A stretch of 64,000 nucleotides of DNA. It comes from an uncultured Chthonomonadaceae bacterium (GTDB lineage: Bacteria; Armatimonadota; Chthonomonadetes; Chthonomonadales; Chthonomonadaceae). Position numbers and translations under genes: made by a program. Location: positions 1-64,000 of the forward strand of contig CAWIEK010000043.1 in assembly GCA_963835065.1 (NCBI GenBank), written 5' to 3'. Position 1 is the stretch's first letter. The number at the start of each line of letters is the position of its first letter. Shown piece by piece: positions 40,756 to 53,124 of the stretch. The notes beneath the pieces are model-generated. The model saw nothing but the letters and a program-made list of their open reading frames with translations, was not told the DNA's origin and did no database searches.

Positions 40756-41418
40756 GGTTTTAGGTTTTTAGGGTTGTATGGTTTTAGGTGAGCGGTCTGT
40801 TGTATGCTCCTAATATCTAATGCCTGATGCCTATAATGCCTTACCACCCGCTTGCAGGCACACCTGGCCTGCAAAGCGCATGGACAAATACAGCCGGACA
40901 TCCTTCCGCGCTTGTCCGTTTGCACCGGGCGTATCTACCCCACCGCGCCCGTTGCGGCATGAAGCCGCGTTTGTCAACCACATACGCACTTACAGTCTTC
41001 GGCATTGACGCCCGGACTGATGTGGCGCTGTTGCCACGCTCCACCTCCTAATTCCAAATCGCACACCGACAACGACGCCGTTGCCCCTGCCTTCTTTCGT
41101 CCGATCTCGCCAGCGACCGGAAGCCTTTCCGAACGCCTGCTAAATAGTTGATAGTTGATAGTTGGTAGTTGATACGGATGCAGAAACTATGAACTTTCAG
41201 CCCTCTGCCGCTTAGTCAGCATCCTTTTTGTAGCTGTTGGCGCTCTCTTTTCTGGTTGGCATCATCCTTTCCGTCCGTGAAATGCCTGTTCGTTCTTAGC
41301 TTTGGTAAGGCCGTTCACACTCAATAGAGCCTGACCGCTCTTTCATCAATCCAAGGCTGCGCAAGTTATTCGGCGCTTTCGCGCCATCAGCCGCTCACTT
41401 TTTGGAGGACAACCCCAC

Positions 41419-43038
41419 GTGAATCAGTTCACCTGGCAGTACCGTTTGCACACGCGCGCTTCGCGGCGTTCCATCTCCCGCCGCTTGCTTTCCACTTTGC
41501 AGGCTCCCGCCGCCGGCTTTGCCGCGCTGCGCCCCCTGCTCACGCTTTCGCTGTTGTCCTGCGCCCTGCTGTCCGGCGCGGCCCTGACCGTCCGCGCCGA
41601 AGATGCGCCCAAATCAGACAAGGCGGAGGAGGGAACAGGGAACAGGGAACAGGGAACAGGGAAGAAGGAGAAAGGGATAAGTGATAAGGGAAAAGGGGTA
41701 AGTGACACCTCAACACTCGACACCCAACACCCAACACCCAACACCCTGATTGCCCGCGCGCAGGACGCTCCGGCTCCCACCGCGCCGCAGAACAACCCGC
41801 CACAGACGAGTACGCCGCCGCAGAAACCCGCCGAAGGCCAGCCTGCCGCGCCCGCGCCGGCCACGCCTGCTTCGCCTGCGCCGGGAACCGTCACGTACTC
41901 CGGGCTGATTGACGTGTACTTCGGCATCAATGCCCGCGCCCCCTACAGCAACGGTCCTTCGCCCTTCGGCGGCCATGCCTTTACCGGGCTGATCTTCCCC
42001 AACGGCGAACGCTTCGGCATTGACAACGTGGGACGCTCCTTCGATGTCAATGACCGCGATCCCAGTTTCAGCCTGGGCGAGTTCAACATCAGCCGCACGG
42101 AAGGCAAGGGCTTTCCGCTCGGCGTCACGGCCACGCTCACGACGGGCGACACGGCTCGCCTCGTGCATGCGACGGAACCCGGCGGCACGAGCAGTTGGCA
42201 GAACTTGCAGCAGTTGTACCTGACCAAGACCATCCACGCGGGAGGGCGCGACATTGCCCTAGACGGCGGCATCTTCGTGACGCCGCTGGGCCTGGAAGTG
42301 ATCGAAAGCACCAGCAACGACAACTACTCGCGCAGCTTCGGCTTCCAGTACGCGGTTCCGTTCTACCATGCGGGCTTTCGCGCCACTCTGCCCCTGTCGT
42401 CCAAATTGACGCTGTTGGGCGCGATTGTCAATGGCTGGAACAACATCGCCGATGATGGGGACGGCAAAACCGGCATTGGACAACTGACGTGGAAGCCGAC
42501 AGGCACGTTCACGGGCATCCTGGGCTTCATCGGCGGCACGGAAGGCACAGGCGCGTATGGTCCCATCCTCGCTCCCAAGAACCAGGCGGGCATCAACACC
42601 TACGTGTACGAGGCGCAGGGCATTTATCAGGCCACTCCCGCCCTCAAACTCTCCGGCATCGTGGATTATGGAACCGGGTCCGGGCACACGCTCGTGACTC
42701 TTCAAACGGGGGGAACCGCAAGCGGTACGGTACAGCAGCATGTTTCCGGGACATGGCTCGGTTTGGGCGGTTATGCGCGCTACCAGATCAACTCGAAACT
42801 GGCGCTTGCCGGACGCATCGAGCAGTTTGAGGACAACGGGGGGCTGCGTACAGGACTCGCGGGCTACAACCGCCTGCGCGAAGGAACCGTGACGCTGGAG
42901 TACGCTTTCCTGCGCGGGCATCTCATCTCGCGCCTGGAATACCGCCACGACGCTTCCAACCAATCGTTCTTCGGGGCGGGCTTCGGCACGGCCCGCGACC
43001 AAGACACCATCTACGGCAGCGCGGCTTACAAATTCTGA
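41419..43038 (+). CDS. Outer-membrane beta-barrel porin (BBP2/OmpL-like)
   Basis: Signal peptide; GLEVIES...NYSRS...PFYHAG; NGWN; RLEYRHD; C-terminal YKF; directly upstream of amt. Confidence 0.82.
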   Translation: MNQFTWQYRLHTRASRRSISRRLLSTLQAPAAGFAALRPLLTLSLLSCALLSGAALTVRAEDAPKSDKAEEGTGNREQGTGKKEKGISDKGKGVSDTSTLDTQHPTPNTLIARAQDAPAPTAPQNNPPQTSTPPQKPAEGQPAAPAPATPASPAPGTVTYSGLIDVYFGINARAPYSNGPSPFGGHAFTGLIFPNGERFGIDNVGRSFDVNDRDPSFSLGEFNISRTEGKGFPLGVTATLTTGDTARLVHATEPGGTSSWQNLQQLYLTKTIHAGGRDIALDGGIFVTPLGLEVIESTSNDNYSRSFGFQYAVPFYHAGFRATLPLSSKLTLLGAIVNGWNNIADDGDGKTGIGQLTWKPTGTFTGILGFIGGTEGTGAYGPILAPKNQAGINTYVYEAQGIYQATPALKLSGIVDYGTGSGHTLVTLQTGGTASGTVQQHVSGTWLGLGGYARYQINSKLALAGRIEQFEDNGGLRTGLAGYNRLREGTVTLEYAFLRGHLISRLEYRHDASNQSFFGAGFGTARDQDTIYGSAAYKF

Positions 43039-43173
43039 GGAGGCATTAGGCATCAGGCATTAGGCATTAGGACAATGCCGATGTTTAGCAAGACATTCCC
43101 TAATATCTAATGCCTAATGCCTAATGCCTCCCCTGCTCTTCGCTTCGGCACTTTTGAAGGGAGAAACGCAATC

Positions 43174-44836
43174 GTGAGATTTATGAGAAAATCAACCGCA
43201 GCCTCGGCAGACGGTTCGGAAAAATTGTCGCGCGGGCGCAAGTTTGCAAGACTTGGCGAGCGTATGCGCCAGCCCGAATGGCGGCGCTACGCTTATCTGG
43301 TGATGCTGGGCAAAGTGACCTCCATCGCCATTCTGTTCGCGTGTTTCGCGCTGTTCACCGCTTTCCGGGGCGGCGCAGCCCATGCCGACGACCCGGTTCT
43401 CAAGGGCAACGACATCGTTAGCCCCATCAATACGGTCTGGGTGCTGCTGGCCGCGTTCCTGGTCTTCGGGATGCAGGTCGGGTTTACGATGCTGGAAGCC
43501 GGGTTCTGCCGTTCGCGCGAAACCGTCAACGTGCTGATGGAATGTATCGTTGACACCTGTTTATGCGGCATTTTGTTCTGGGCGTTCGGCTTCGCGTTCA
43601 TGTTCGGGCACGGCAACGGCTGGATCGGCAGCGGCGACGGCACGGCTCACACCTGGTTCTTCCTGAATAACGCGCCCGCAACCTACGAAACCTCGCAGGT
43701 CTCGTTCCTGGCGTTCTGGCTGTTCCAGTTCGCGTTTGCCGACACCTGCTCCACAATCACTTCGGGAGCCATGATCGGGCGTACCGGCTGGATCGGCGAC
43801 CTGCTGTACAGCGTGGGCGTGTCCGGTTTCATCTATCCGATCATCGGCCACTGGGCGTGGGGGCCGGACGGCTGGCTGAACACGATGGGCAGTGAAGGCA
43901 AAATGCTGCCCTGGGTCGGCACCAGTTTCCACGATTTCGCCGGTTCTACGGTTGTGCATACCATTGGCGGCTTTATCGCCCTGGCGGGTTCCATTGTGCT
44001 TGGCCCGCGCCTGGGACGGCGCTTCAAGCGCGACGGCGGCGGCCCGATGCTGCCGCATGACCTGGTTATCGCGGCAGTGGGCGGTTTGATCCTGTGGTTC
44101 GGCTGGTACGGCTTTAATCCGGGCAGTACCCTTTCGGCAATGGACTTTCAGGGTATCGGGCGGGTTGCCACGAACACCACGCTGGCCGCGTGTTCCGCCG
44201 GGCTTGCGGCGATGTTCTACGCTTATCCCCAAACCAAGAAGTGGGATTTGGGCTTTACCGTCAACGGCTTCCTGGCCGGCCTTGTCGCTATCACCTGCCC
44301 CTGCTACTGGGTCACGCCCACCGGCGCGGTCATTTTGGGAGCGGTCGCGGGCGTGATCGTGGTCATGGGCGTCAATCTGCTGGAATATCTGCGCATTGAT
44401 GATCCCATCGGCGCGGTTCCCGTGCATGGCTTTGCGGGTATCTGGGGAACGCTTTCGCTTGGCCTGTTCGCCAGCGGGTCAGTTCGGCGCGTCCGGCGCG
44501 ACCGGCCCGGACAACACCGCCCCCTCGGTACTCACAGGGCTGTTCTATCACGGCGGCACAACCGTGTTGAAAGCGCAGTTCATCGGCAGCGCGACCATTA
44601 CCATCTGCACCTTTGTCGTAGCGATGATCCTGATGCTGGCGGTAAAAGCGACCGGGCTGCTGCGCGTGTCCCGCGAGGGCGAACTGGAAGGACTGGATAT
44701 CCACGAACATGGCATCCCGGCCTATCCTGAGTTTGCGATTGTGGACGCCGCAACCGCGCACGGAGCCGTCCCGCATGATGGCGGGTTGTCTTCCGTCAGC
44801 GCCTCGCAAACCGGTCCCCGCGTGGACTCATTGTAA
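43174..44836 (+). CDS. amt: Ammonium transporter, frameshifted near 44477
   Basis: MQVGFTMLEAG, FQFAFA, DFAGSTVVH, GWYGFNPGS, IDDPIGAVPVH; ELEGLDIHEHG in the second frame. Confidence 0.95.
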
Positions 44837-44839
44837 GGC

Positions 44840-44881
44840 ACTCACCCCAACCCCTCTCCCAAAAAGCCTGGGAGAGGGGCT
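44840..44881. repeat. CCCCTCTCCC...GGGAGAGGGG intergenic palindrome
   Basis: 10-bp perfect stem between amt and the PII gene. Confidence 0.6.
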
Positions 44882-44983
44882 AATCCTAAATAACGTTGGA
44901 AGCCCCGGCCAAAGATCAATCGAACGATCCACAGCGGTCCACGCCGGGCGCTAACGACTGCGGATAGGGCCGCGTACTGGTAA

Positions 44984-45355
<372 letters not shown>

Positions 45356-45403
45356 CGCGCAACGCGCTTGCATCCCGTTTTGCGCTGAAGTTGCCGCATT
45401 GCA

Positions 45404-45441
45404 GTCCCGCCTTTTGAGGAACTCTCAAAGGGCGGGACTTG
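45404..45441 (+). terminator. Terminator after the PII gene
   Basis: AGTCCCGCCTTTTGAG...CTCAAAGGGCGGGACT hairpin. Confidence 0.7.
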
Positions 45442-45684
45442 TATTTGTTATAGGCGTTGAGGAACAATGCGTCGGCTGCTCGGGGGACGAAAAGATACCG
45501 TCGTAAAGCGTCTACAGCGCAAGGCTGGCAATTTTATTGCAAATCTGGAACTCTTTTGCCACTATTTTCTGATATAAGCCGAATTCGCTTGCATTGCGCC
45601 TGCGACAAGGTATGATATTCTATCTAAGTGCCATTTTCTTCCATTTTTAGGGCGTATTCGTCTTAACGCAGGAGTTGATGAATC

Positions 45685-48095
45685 ATGCTTGAAACGCCTC
45701 CCTCACAATCAGAACCAACACGAGCGTCCCTTCGGGAACAGGAGCTTTCCCCCCTGGCTCCCGCCCCGCTGCAAACGACTTCGCTGGGCAAATCCGTGCG
45801 CAAAATGCTGTTCGGCAACCCGATTTCCAGCGAACATGCCGAACACACATTGCTGTCGAAACTTATCGCTTTGCCCGTTTTCGCGTCCGACGCTATTTCC
45901 TCTACGGCGTATGCCACGCAGGAGATTATCTTAGCGCTGGGCGCGGCAGGATTGTGGCTCCACGCGCATGAAGGAGCCTACACCAACTTCACGATGCTGA
46001 TCGCAAGCCTGATTGTCGGCTTGCTCGTGATCGTTGTCACCTCCTACTGGCAGACCATCCACGCTTACCCCAGTGGCGGCGGCTCCTACATTGTTTCCAA
46101 AGAAAATCTGGGCGCGAATTACGGTCTGATTGCAGCGGGCGCATTCTCATAGATTACGTGCTGACCGTATCGGTGTCCATTGCCGCCGGGGTACAGAACC
46201 TGGCAGGTATTCCGTTTGTGGAACACTATCTTATGCCGGACAGGCATCTCGTTCTGTACTGCATCCTCTTTATTGCGCTGCTGACATTGGCAAACCTGCG
46301 CGGGCTGAAAGAATCGGGGTCGCTGTTCGCCATTCCCACGTATTTGTTTGTCGCCATGTGCTACATTATGATTGGCGTCGGCGCGTTTCAGGTGTTCGGT
46401 TGGTTCGGGATGCATGCGCATACGGAAGAGATACAGCGGATTTACAACAATCACTTGCAGGAGACGGGGGCAGCGGCAGCGAAAGCCGCGCAGACGTTCG
46501 GCGGGCTGGTGCTGCTGAAAGCCTTTGCCAACGGCTGCGCCGCCATGACCGGAACCGAAGCGGTCAGCAACGGCATTCCCGCCTTTCAGGAACCCAAGTC
46601 CCGCAACGCGCAAATGACCCTGCTGGCGATGGGCGTGATTTTGGGAAGCCTGTTCATCGGTATTTCCTGGCTGGCGACGCAATTGCACGTCGTCTACTGA
46701 ACCGATGGCGCAAACCCCGCGCCCGCCGTTATTGACCAGATTTCCGGCGCGGTTTTCGGCAAAGACCGGAAGTGGGCAGCATGTTACTACCTGCTGACGC
46801 AGTTTTTCACCGCCGCCATTCTGGTGCTTGCCGCCAACACAAGCTACGCGGACTTTCCGCGCCTGGCCTCCATTCTGGCGCGTGACCGCTACATGCCCAA
46901 GCAGTTTTCCAACCTGGGCGACAAACTGGTGTTCAACAACGGCATCATGCTGCTTGGCGTGTTTGCCGCCGTGCTGATTGTCGTGAAAAAAGGCGAAGTG
47001 GACGCGCTGATCCCGCTGTACGCGACCGGCGTTTTCACCGCCTTTACGCTGTCGCAGAGCGGGCATGGTCGAGCACTGGCTGGATTGCGGCACCGGGGCT
47101 GGCAGACAAAGGCGGTTATCAACGGCGTCGGCGCGACGGCAACCCTGATCGTGCTGATGACCATTGTGTACGAAAAGTTTACGGACGGCGCGTGGATCAT
47201 CGTTTTCCTGATTGCGCTGCTGTTTATGATGTTCAAGCAAAATCCACAGCCACTACCTGGATGTGGCGCAGCAGCTCAAACTCGCCAACTATGAAGCGCC
47301 GGTCACGCCGCTCAAAAACACGGTTCTGGTGCTGATTCCCACGCTGCACCGGGGCGTGATGCCCGCGCTGGAGTACGCGCGTTCGCTGTCTTCGGACTGC
47401 CGCGCCGTCCACATCTGCACCGACCCGGAGCGCATCCCGCAACTGCGCGAACGCTGGGAGCAGTGGGGGCATGACGTGCCGCTCGTCATTCTAAATTCGC
47501 CGTACCGTTCGCTGCTCGGCCCGATCATGCGCTATTTGGACGCGGTTCAGCACGAGCGGCGCAACCATACGGTTACGGTTGTCGTGCCGGAATTCGTGCC
47601 GTTCCGGTGGTGGCATCAACTGCTGCACGGACAATCCGGCCTGCGGCTGAAATTGGCCTTGCTCAGTCGGCGCGATGTGGTGGTGGCAAACGTGCGCTAC
47701 TATCTGCAACATTCGGGAACGCCGCCGCCCTCCGACGCGCTTGCCGAAGAGGACGCGGGGCTGCTTGGCGCAGGCGGGCAGCACGGACACCACGCGCCCG
47801 GCAGACCTTGCCGACTCCATTGCGCAGCATCGCGATGGAAACGCCGAACCTGGGCAGCGCGCAGGAGTTGGCGCTTGCCGGCGACAGCGGGATGGATGCG
47901 CCGAACGCCCAAAACAGCGAAGAAGCCGCCGCTTACAACGGCCAAACCGCGCCCCCATCCGGCACATTGGAAGAACAAAGCGCGTACCTGCAGGGCTTGA
48001 ACAATCCGCCCGTGCAGCGCTGGAATAGCCATTCGAGTAACAACGATGGCGGCAAAACCGACGACAACAAAACCGATGGCAATGGAACCATGTGA
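45685..48095 (+). pseudogene. KimA/YdaO-like APC-superfamily K+ transporter broken by several frameshifts and an in-frame TGA (46698-46700)
   Basis: SDAISSTAYA, YPSGGGSY, NLRGLKESG, TGTEAVSNG, FPRL, LIPLYA, SPYRS, VVPEF...LH in successive frames; may be assembly error; 3' end uncertain. Confidence 0.8.
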
Positions 48096-48162
48096 ACCGC
48101 CAAAGCCACCGGCAAGAATGGAACTGGAAAATGAAACGTAGACTAATTGCAGGAGTTTGTGG

Positions 48163-48963
48163 ATGATTATCGAAACGCGCGGGGATGTGGTGCGGCTGTC
48201 GGGTTCGCTGCATAAAAATCAGTGGATGTCCATTCGCGCCGCCGTCAACCTGCTGCTGCACGATTTTCCACAGGGCATCATTGTGGACTGCTCCGGCTTG
48301 CAGGACATTTCCGAAGACGGCGCGAAAACGTTTTTGGAAGCCATACGCGATATCGAATCGGCCCATGCCCGCATCATCGTTGTCAGCCTGCCGCAGAAGG
48401 TGTTGAGCGTCATCAAAACCGTGCCGGGGGTGCGTTCCCAACTGCCCATTGCGGCTTCGATAGAGGAAGCGCGTTCGTCCCTGCAAATACACAAGCGCCC
48501 CACTGCCGCCACAGCCGCCGGGGATATGGTGAAGGGCGGGCAGATCATCGTTGTGCCTTTAATGGCGGATGTAGACCTGAGTTACGGCGCGGATTTGGCC
48601 GCCCGCATTGCCCGCGTCTCACGCGGCGAAGTGCGCCTCGTGTATCTATTGGAAGTGACGCGCACCCTGCCTCTGAACGCGCCGCTTATGGAGCAGGAGC
48701 AGGCGGCGGAAACCGCGCTTGGCGTGGCAGCGCAGCTTTCGCAGCGCAATGGCACCATCGCGCAGCAGCACGTCGAGCGCGTCCGGGACGCCGTAGATGG
48801 AGCCATTGCCGCCATCAAAACTTACGGAGCCAGCATGATCGTCGTGGGCGCGTCCAAACACGCCATGGATCACGGCGACCATGACCGCTTCGACGCCCTC
48901 GTCGAAACCCTGCTCCACCGCGCGCCCTGCGAAGTGATTGTGGGACGATTAAGTCGAGAGTAG
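48163..48963 (+). CDS. STAS-like + universal stress protein (USP) domain protein
   Basis: N-terminal VRLSGSL...IIVDCSGL; C-terminal IVVP...IVVG...LLHRAPCEV. Confidence 0.8.
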   Translation: MIIETRGDVVRLSGSLHKNQWMSIRAAVNLLLHDFPQGIIVDCSGLQDISEDGAKTFLEAIRDIESAHARIIVVSLPQKVLSVIKTVPGVRSQLPIAASIEEARSSLQIHKRPTAATAAGDMVKGGQIIVVPLMADVDLSYGADLAARIARVSRGEVRLVYLLEVTRTLPLNAPLMEQEQAAETALGVAAQLSQRNGTIAQQHVERVRDAVDGAIAAIKTYGASMIVVGASKHAMDHGDHDRFDALVETLLHRAPCEVIVGRLSRE

Positions 48964-49094
48964 GGGTCAGGATTCAGGGGTCAGGGGTCAGGAACGCCCT
49001 CTCTTAACCTAATGATTTGTGCAGGAGCCAGCACAAAAGAAATGAGCCTTTCCTGACCCCTGACCCCTGAATCCTGACCCCTATGGAGTGTGCT

Positions 49095-49940
49095 ATGTCC
49101 TATTTCCCCCCCGATTGTGAAGAAACGGTACGCGCCGCGCTGCGGGAAGATATCGGCACGGGTGACGTGACCACGCTGTTTACCGTTCCTGCCGACGCGC
49201 AGGCGCAGGCGCGCATGATCGCCAAAGCGCCGGGTATTATTGCCGGCCTGCCGGTTGTCGAGGCCGTATTGCGTCAGGTTGATCCGACTTTACGCGGCGT
49301 TCGGAGCGTAGAGGAAGGGGCGCGCGTTCTGGCCGGGGAAACTGTTTTTACCATTGAAGGGGCGGCACAAAGCATTTTGACTGCGGAGCGGGTCGCTCTC
49401 AATTTCGCGCAGCGCTTGTCCGGCATTGCGACCAAAACGGCGCGGTTTGTGGAACTTGTCATTGGCACGCGGGCGCGGATTGTGGATACGCGCAAAACGA
49501 CGCCCGGACTGCGCGCGCTGGAAAAATACGCTGTGCGCGTGGGCGGCGGCTACAACCATCGCTTCGGCCTGTACGACGCCATTCTTATCAAAGACAACCA
49601 TATCGCGGCCAGTGGCGGCATTGCGCAGGCTGTGCAGAACGCTTATGCCAGCGCCCCGCATACCATGACCGTCACGGTCGAATGTGACACGCTTGCGCAG
49701 GTGCAGGAAGCCCTGGAAGCGGAAGCCGACATTCTGCTGCTCGACAACATGAGCCTGGAACAACTGCGACAGGCCATCGAACTCATCGGCGAGCAGGCGG
49801 CTACGGAAGCCAGTGGCGGCGTGAACGAGGATACGGTTGCCGCCATCGCTCAAACAGGCGTAGACATCATCTCCGTCGGCGCGCTCACCCATTCGGCGGT
49901 GGCGCTGGATATTAGTTTGGAAGTAGTCAGTAGTCAGTAG
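49095..49940 (+). CDS. nadC: Nicotinate-nucleotide diphosphorylase (carboxylating)
   Basis: EDIGTGDVTT, DTRKTTPG, HRFGL, IKDNH, LLDNM, EASGG, GALTHS. Confidence 0.97.
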   Translation: MSYFPPDCEETVRAALREDIGTGDVTTLFTVPADAQAQARMIAKAPGIIAGLPVVEAVLRQVDPTLRGVRSVEEGARVLAGETVFTIEGAAQSILTAERVALNFAQRLSGIATKTARFVELVIGTRARIVDTRKTTPGLRALEKYAVRVGGGYNHRFGLYDAILIKDNHIAASGGIAQAVQNAYASAPHTMTVTVECDTLAQVQEALEAEADILLLDNMSLEQLRQAIELIGEQAATEASGGVNEDTVAAIAQTGVDIISVGALTHSAVALDISLEVVSSQ

Positions 49941-50057
49941 TCAGTAGTCAGTAGAAATGCCCGTTTACTCAAAGCTTTGCGTCACGACAAAGGCTTGCAA
50001 GAGCGGGTTCTTCTACTGACTACTGACTACTGACTACTGACTACTGACTACTGACTT

Positions 50058-51032
<975 letters not shown>

Positions 51033-51166
51033 TGTTCGGAATAAATTTTACATACAAAGATATTATCAAATAGACATAATTTCTTATAGTCGTGACAAGA
51101 ATACTTGACAATGCGGGGTTTGTTGTGATATTGTTGTTGGAACAAGAAAAATTTCAGAATTCGCCC

Positions 51167-51194
51167 TACAGAACGTGTTGGATTCTGCCGATGA
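51167..51194 (+). promoter_or_regulatory. sigma28 (FliA/SigD) promoter of flgM
   Basis: TACA-N16-GCCGATGA. Confidence 0.65.
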
Positions 51195-51208
51195 TACTTG
51201 TGTGTGAT

Positions 51209-51337
51209 GAGGTACAGGTAAATCCATAGAAATGTGGAGACACAAAGCCATGGGCCTAAGAGGAGATTATGCAGCGACGCGCTTTAGCGCCCGCTGCGAT
51301 GCCGCAGACTCCAGATGGTCGCCAGGTTGCCGTACTC
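51209..51337 (+). promoter_or_regulatory. c-di-GMP-I (GEMM) riboswitch with enlarged P3
   Basis: GGTAAA-TCCATA-GAAA-TGTGGA-GACACAAAGCCATGGGCCTAA...GATGGTCGCCAGGTTGCC, closed by GGTAC/GTACT. Confidence 0.85.
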
Positions 51338-51386
51338 GACGTAAACCAATACCTTTGTATTGTTTTTATGACCGGGAGGCAAAACA

Positions 51387-51698
51387 ATGAAAATCTCGAA
51401 TGAAGAAGTAAGCCGTTTGTTTTCCGTTTCTGCGCGTGAGCGCTCCGCTGCAAATCTGGCGGCTTCCACCGGGTCGGGTCGGGACATTCAGGGTCGTCAG
51501 GCGGCTCAGGTGAATGTTTCGGCAACGGCGCAGGAAATCGTGAAAGTCAAGAAGCTGATCAGCGAACTCCCGGATGTGCGCGAATCGCGCGTCCAAGCGC
51601 TGAAAGCCCAGGTTGAGAGCGGCACGTATAATGTAAGCGGCGAGGACATTGCGGACTTAATCATCCGCCGCACTCTCGCAGACAACACCGCGCTGTAA
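51387..51698 (+). CDS. flgM: Anti-sigma28 factor
   Basis: VNVS...PDVRESRVQALKAQVESGTYNVSGEDIADLII. Confidence 0.92.
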   Translation: MKISNEEVSRLFSVSARERSAANLAASTGSGRDIQGRQAAQVNVSATAQEIVKVKKLISELPDVRESRVQALKAQVESGTYNVSGEDIADLIIRRTLADNTAL

Positions 51699-51886
51699 AG
51701 CGTTGAGCGTTGAGCATAGCGTTGAGCATTCAGACCAATTCTGATGCTCAACGCTTTGTGCTTCATATCTTTCGCTCTGCTTCGCCTATTCCACAAGTTG
51801 TTCCCTAGTTGTTTCACCTATGGATGCTGAAAATGCAATTTTGCATTTTCAGCATTTTCCGTTTGGTATCGTGTATACTTTATCCT

Positions 51887-52576
51887 ATGAGAATCGTTAC
51901 TTACAACACGCGCGGCAGTTTGGGCATGGACGGCCTGCGCTCCACGCGCCGTATCGCCCATGTTGTTCGCGGCCTGTCCCCGGACATTGTATGCTTTCAG
52001 GAAATCCATCAGCGCACGCCGCAAAGCGGGGGCGAAGATCAGCCCGGCGCGTTGTCGCGCGGCTTGATGCGCCCGGTGCTGTTTCAGCGCAACCTTCGTA
52101 TCGGCATGGGCGCGTATGGCATTGCCATCGCCGCGCGTGGCACGATTATAAACGCAAAGGAACACGTGCTGCCGAGCCTGCGCGAACAGCGCGGCGCGTT
52201 GGAAGTGCAATTGCGCGACCTGCCGGGTATCGGGCGCTTGACGGTATTCTGTACCCACTGGGGCTTGGACGGCGAGGAGCGGCAAAAGCAGGCTGAGGCG
52301 CTGGTTCCTCTCATTCAGGAAGCGCGGCGTCCGATTGTCTTTTGCGGCGACTTGAACGAGGGACCGGAGGCGGCGGGCATCAAACTGCTTTTAGAGCAAA
52401 CCGGTTTGCAGGATGCGGATGCGCAACAAAACAGGGCGACATTTGTATCCGACAATCCGCAACACCGCATTGACTACATCCTCTTTTCGCCGGATTTAAC
52501 CTTGCGCTACTTTGAAGTTGTAAACAGCCTTGCTTCCGATCATTGCCCACTCGCCGCCGACCTTGAACGCGCTTAA
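51887..52576 (+). CDS. Endonuclease/exonuclease/phosphatase family protein
   Basis: TYN, FQE, THW, GDLN, RIDYI, SDH. Confidence 0.92.
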   Translation: MRIVTYNTRGSLGMDGLRSTRRIAHVVRGLSPDIVCFQEIHQRTPQSGGEDQPGALSRGLMRPVLFQRNLRIGMGAYGIAIAARGTIINAKEHVLPSLREQRGALEVQLRDLPGIGRLTVFCTHWGLDGEERQKQAEALVPLIQEARRPIVFCGDLNEGPEAAGIKLLLEQTGLQDADAQQNRATFVSDNPQHRIDYILFSPDLTLRYFEVVNSLASDHCPLAADLERA

Positions 52577-52620
52577 ACGCGCCAAATTGTTCTACGGTCA
52601 ACAATTTGGCGCGAAACGCG

Positions 52621-53122
52621 CTACCGGATGAAAGCGGCTTCCTGAAACTTCCAGGCGTCCAGCGCGTTCATGCGGCTGTCGGGGATCAGGTTGATGGTGT
52701 CCAGTTCGTTCTCGCCAACCCACCGAAACCCTTCCGACTCTGCGCTTGGCTTCAACGCGCCCCCTGTTACTCTTGCCTCGAAACAGATCACGAAGCTGCG
52801 GTGTACGTTGCCATCCGGGATAATGAACTACGCTGCGCGGATTGGTGTTTATGGAGACAAGGCGTACAATCTCCGTTTCAAATCCCGTTTCTTCCAGCGT
52901 TTCGCGGATGCAGCACTCCTGCGCCAATTCGTGCATTTCCATGCGGCCACCCGGCAGACACCAATGATCGCTGCGCGAACGCTTCATAAATAAAACGCGA
53001 TCCGCACTGTCGAAAATCACGGCGGAAACGCCCGGATGCAGGGGTTTGTTGGGAGCGGGGCAGTCGGCATCGTCGTAGTAGAAACGCTCTACAGGGGGAA
53101 ATACGCGAATTTCGTCAGGCAT
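52621..53122 (-). CDS. NUDIX hydrolase, frameshifted near 52816
   Basis: Nudix box GGRMEMHE...IRETLEETG; HYP continues DGNVHRSFVICF...AFIR* in the shifted frame. Confidence 0.85.
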
Positions 53123-53124
53123 GG

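Noticed and set aside
46698..46700. In-frame TGA as selenocysteine or alternative genetic code
   Set aside because: Other genes here use TGA as a stop, and the gene has several neighbouring indels; an error or decay is more likely.
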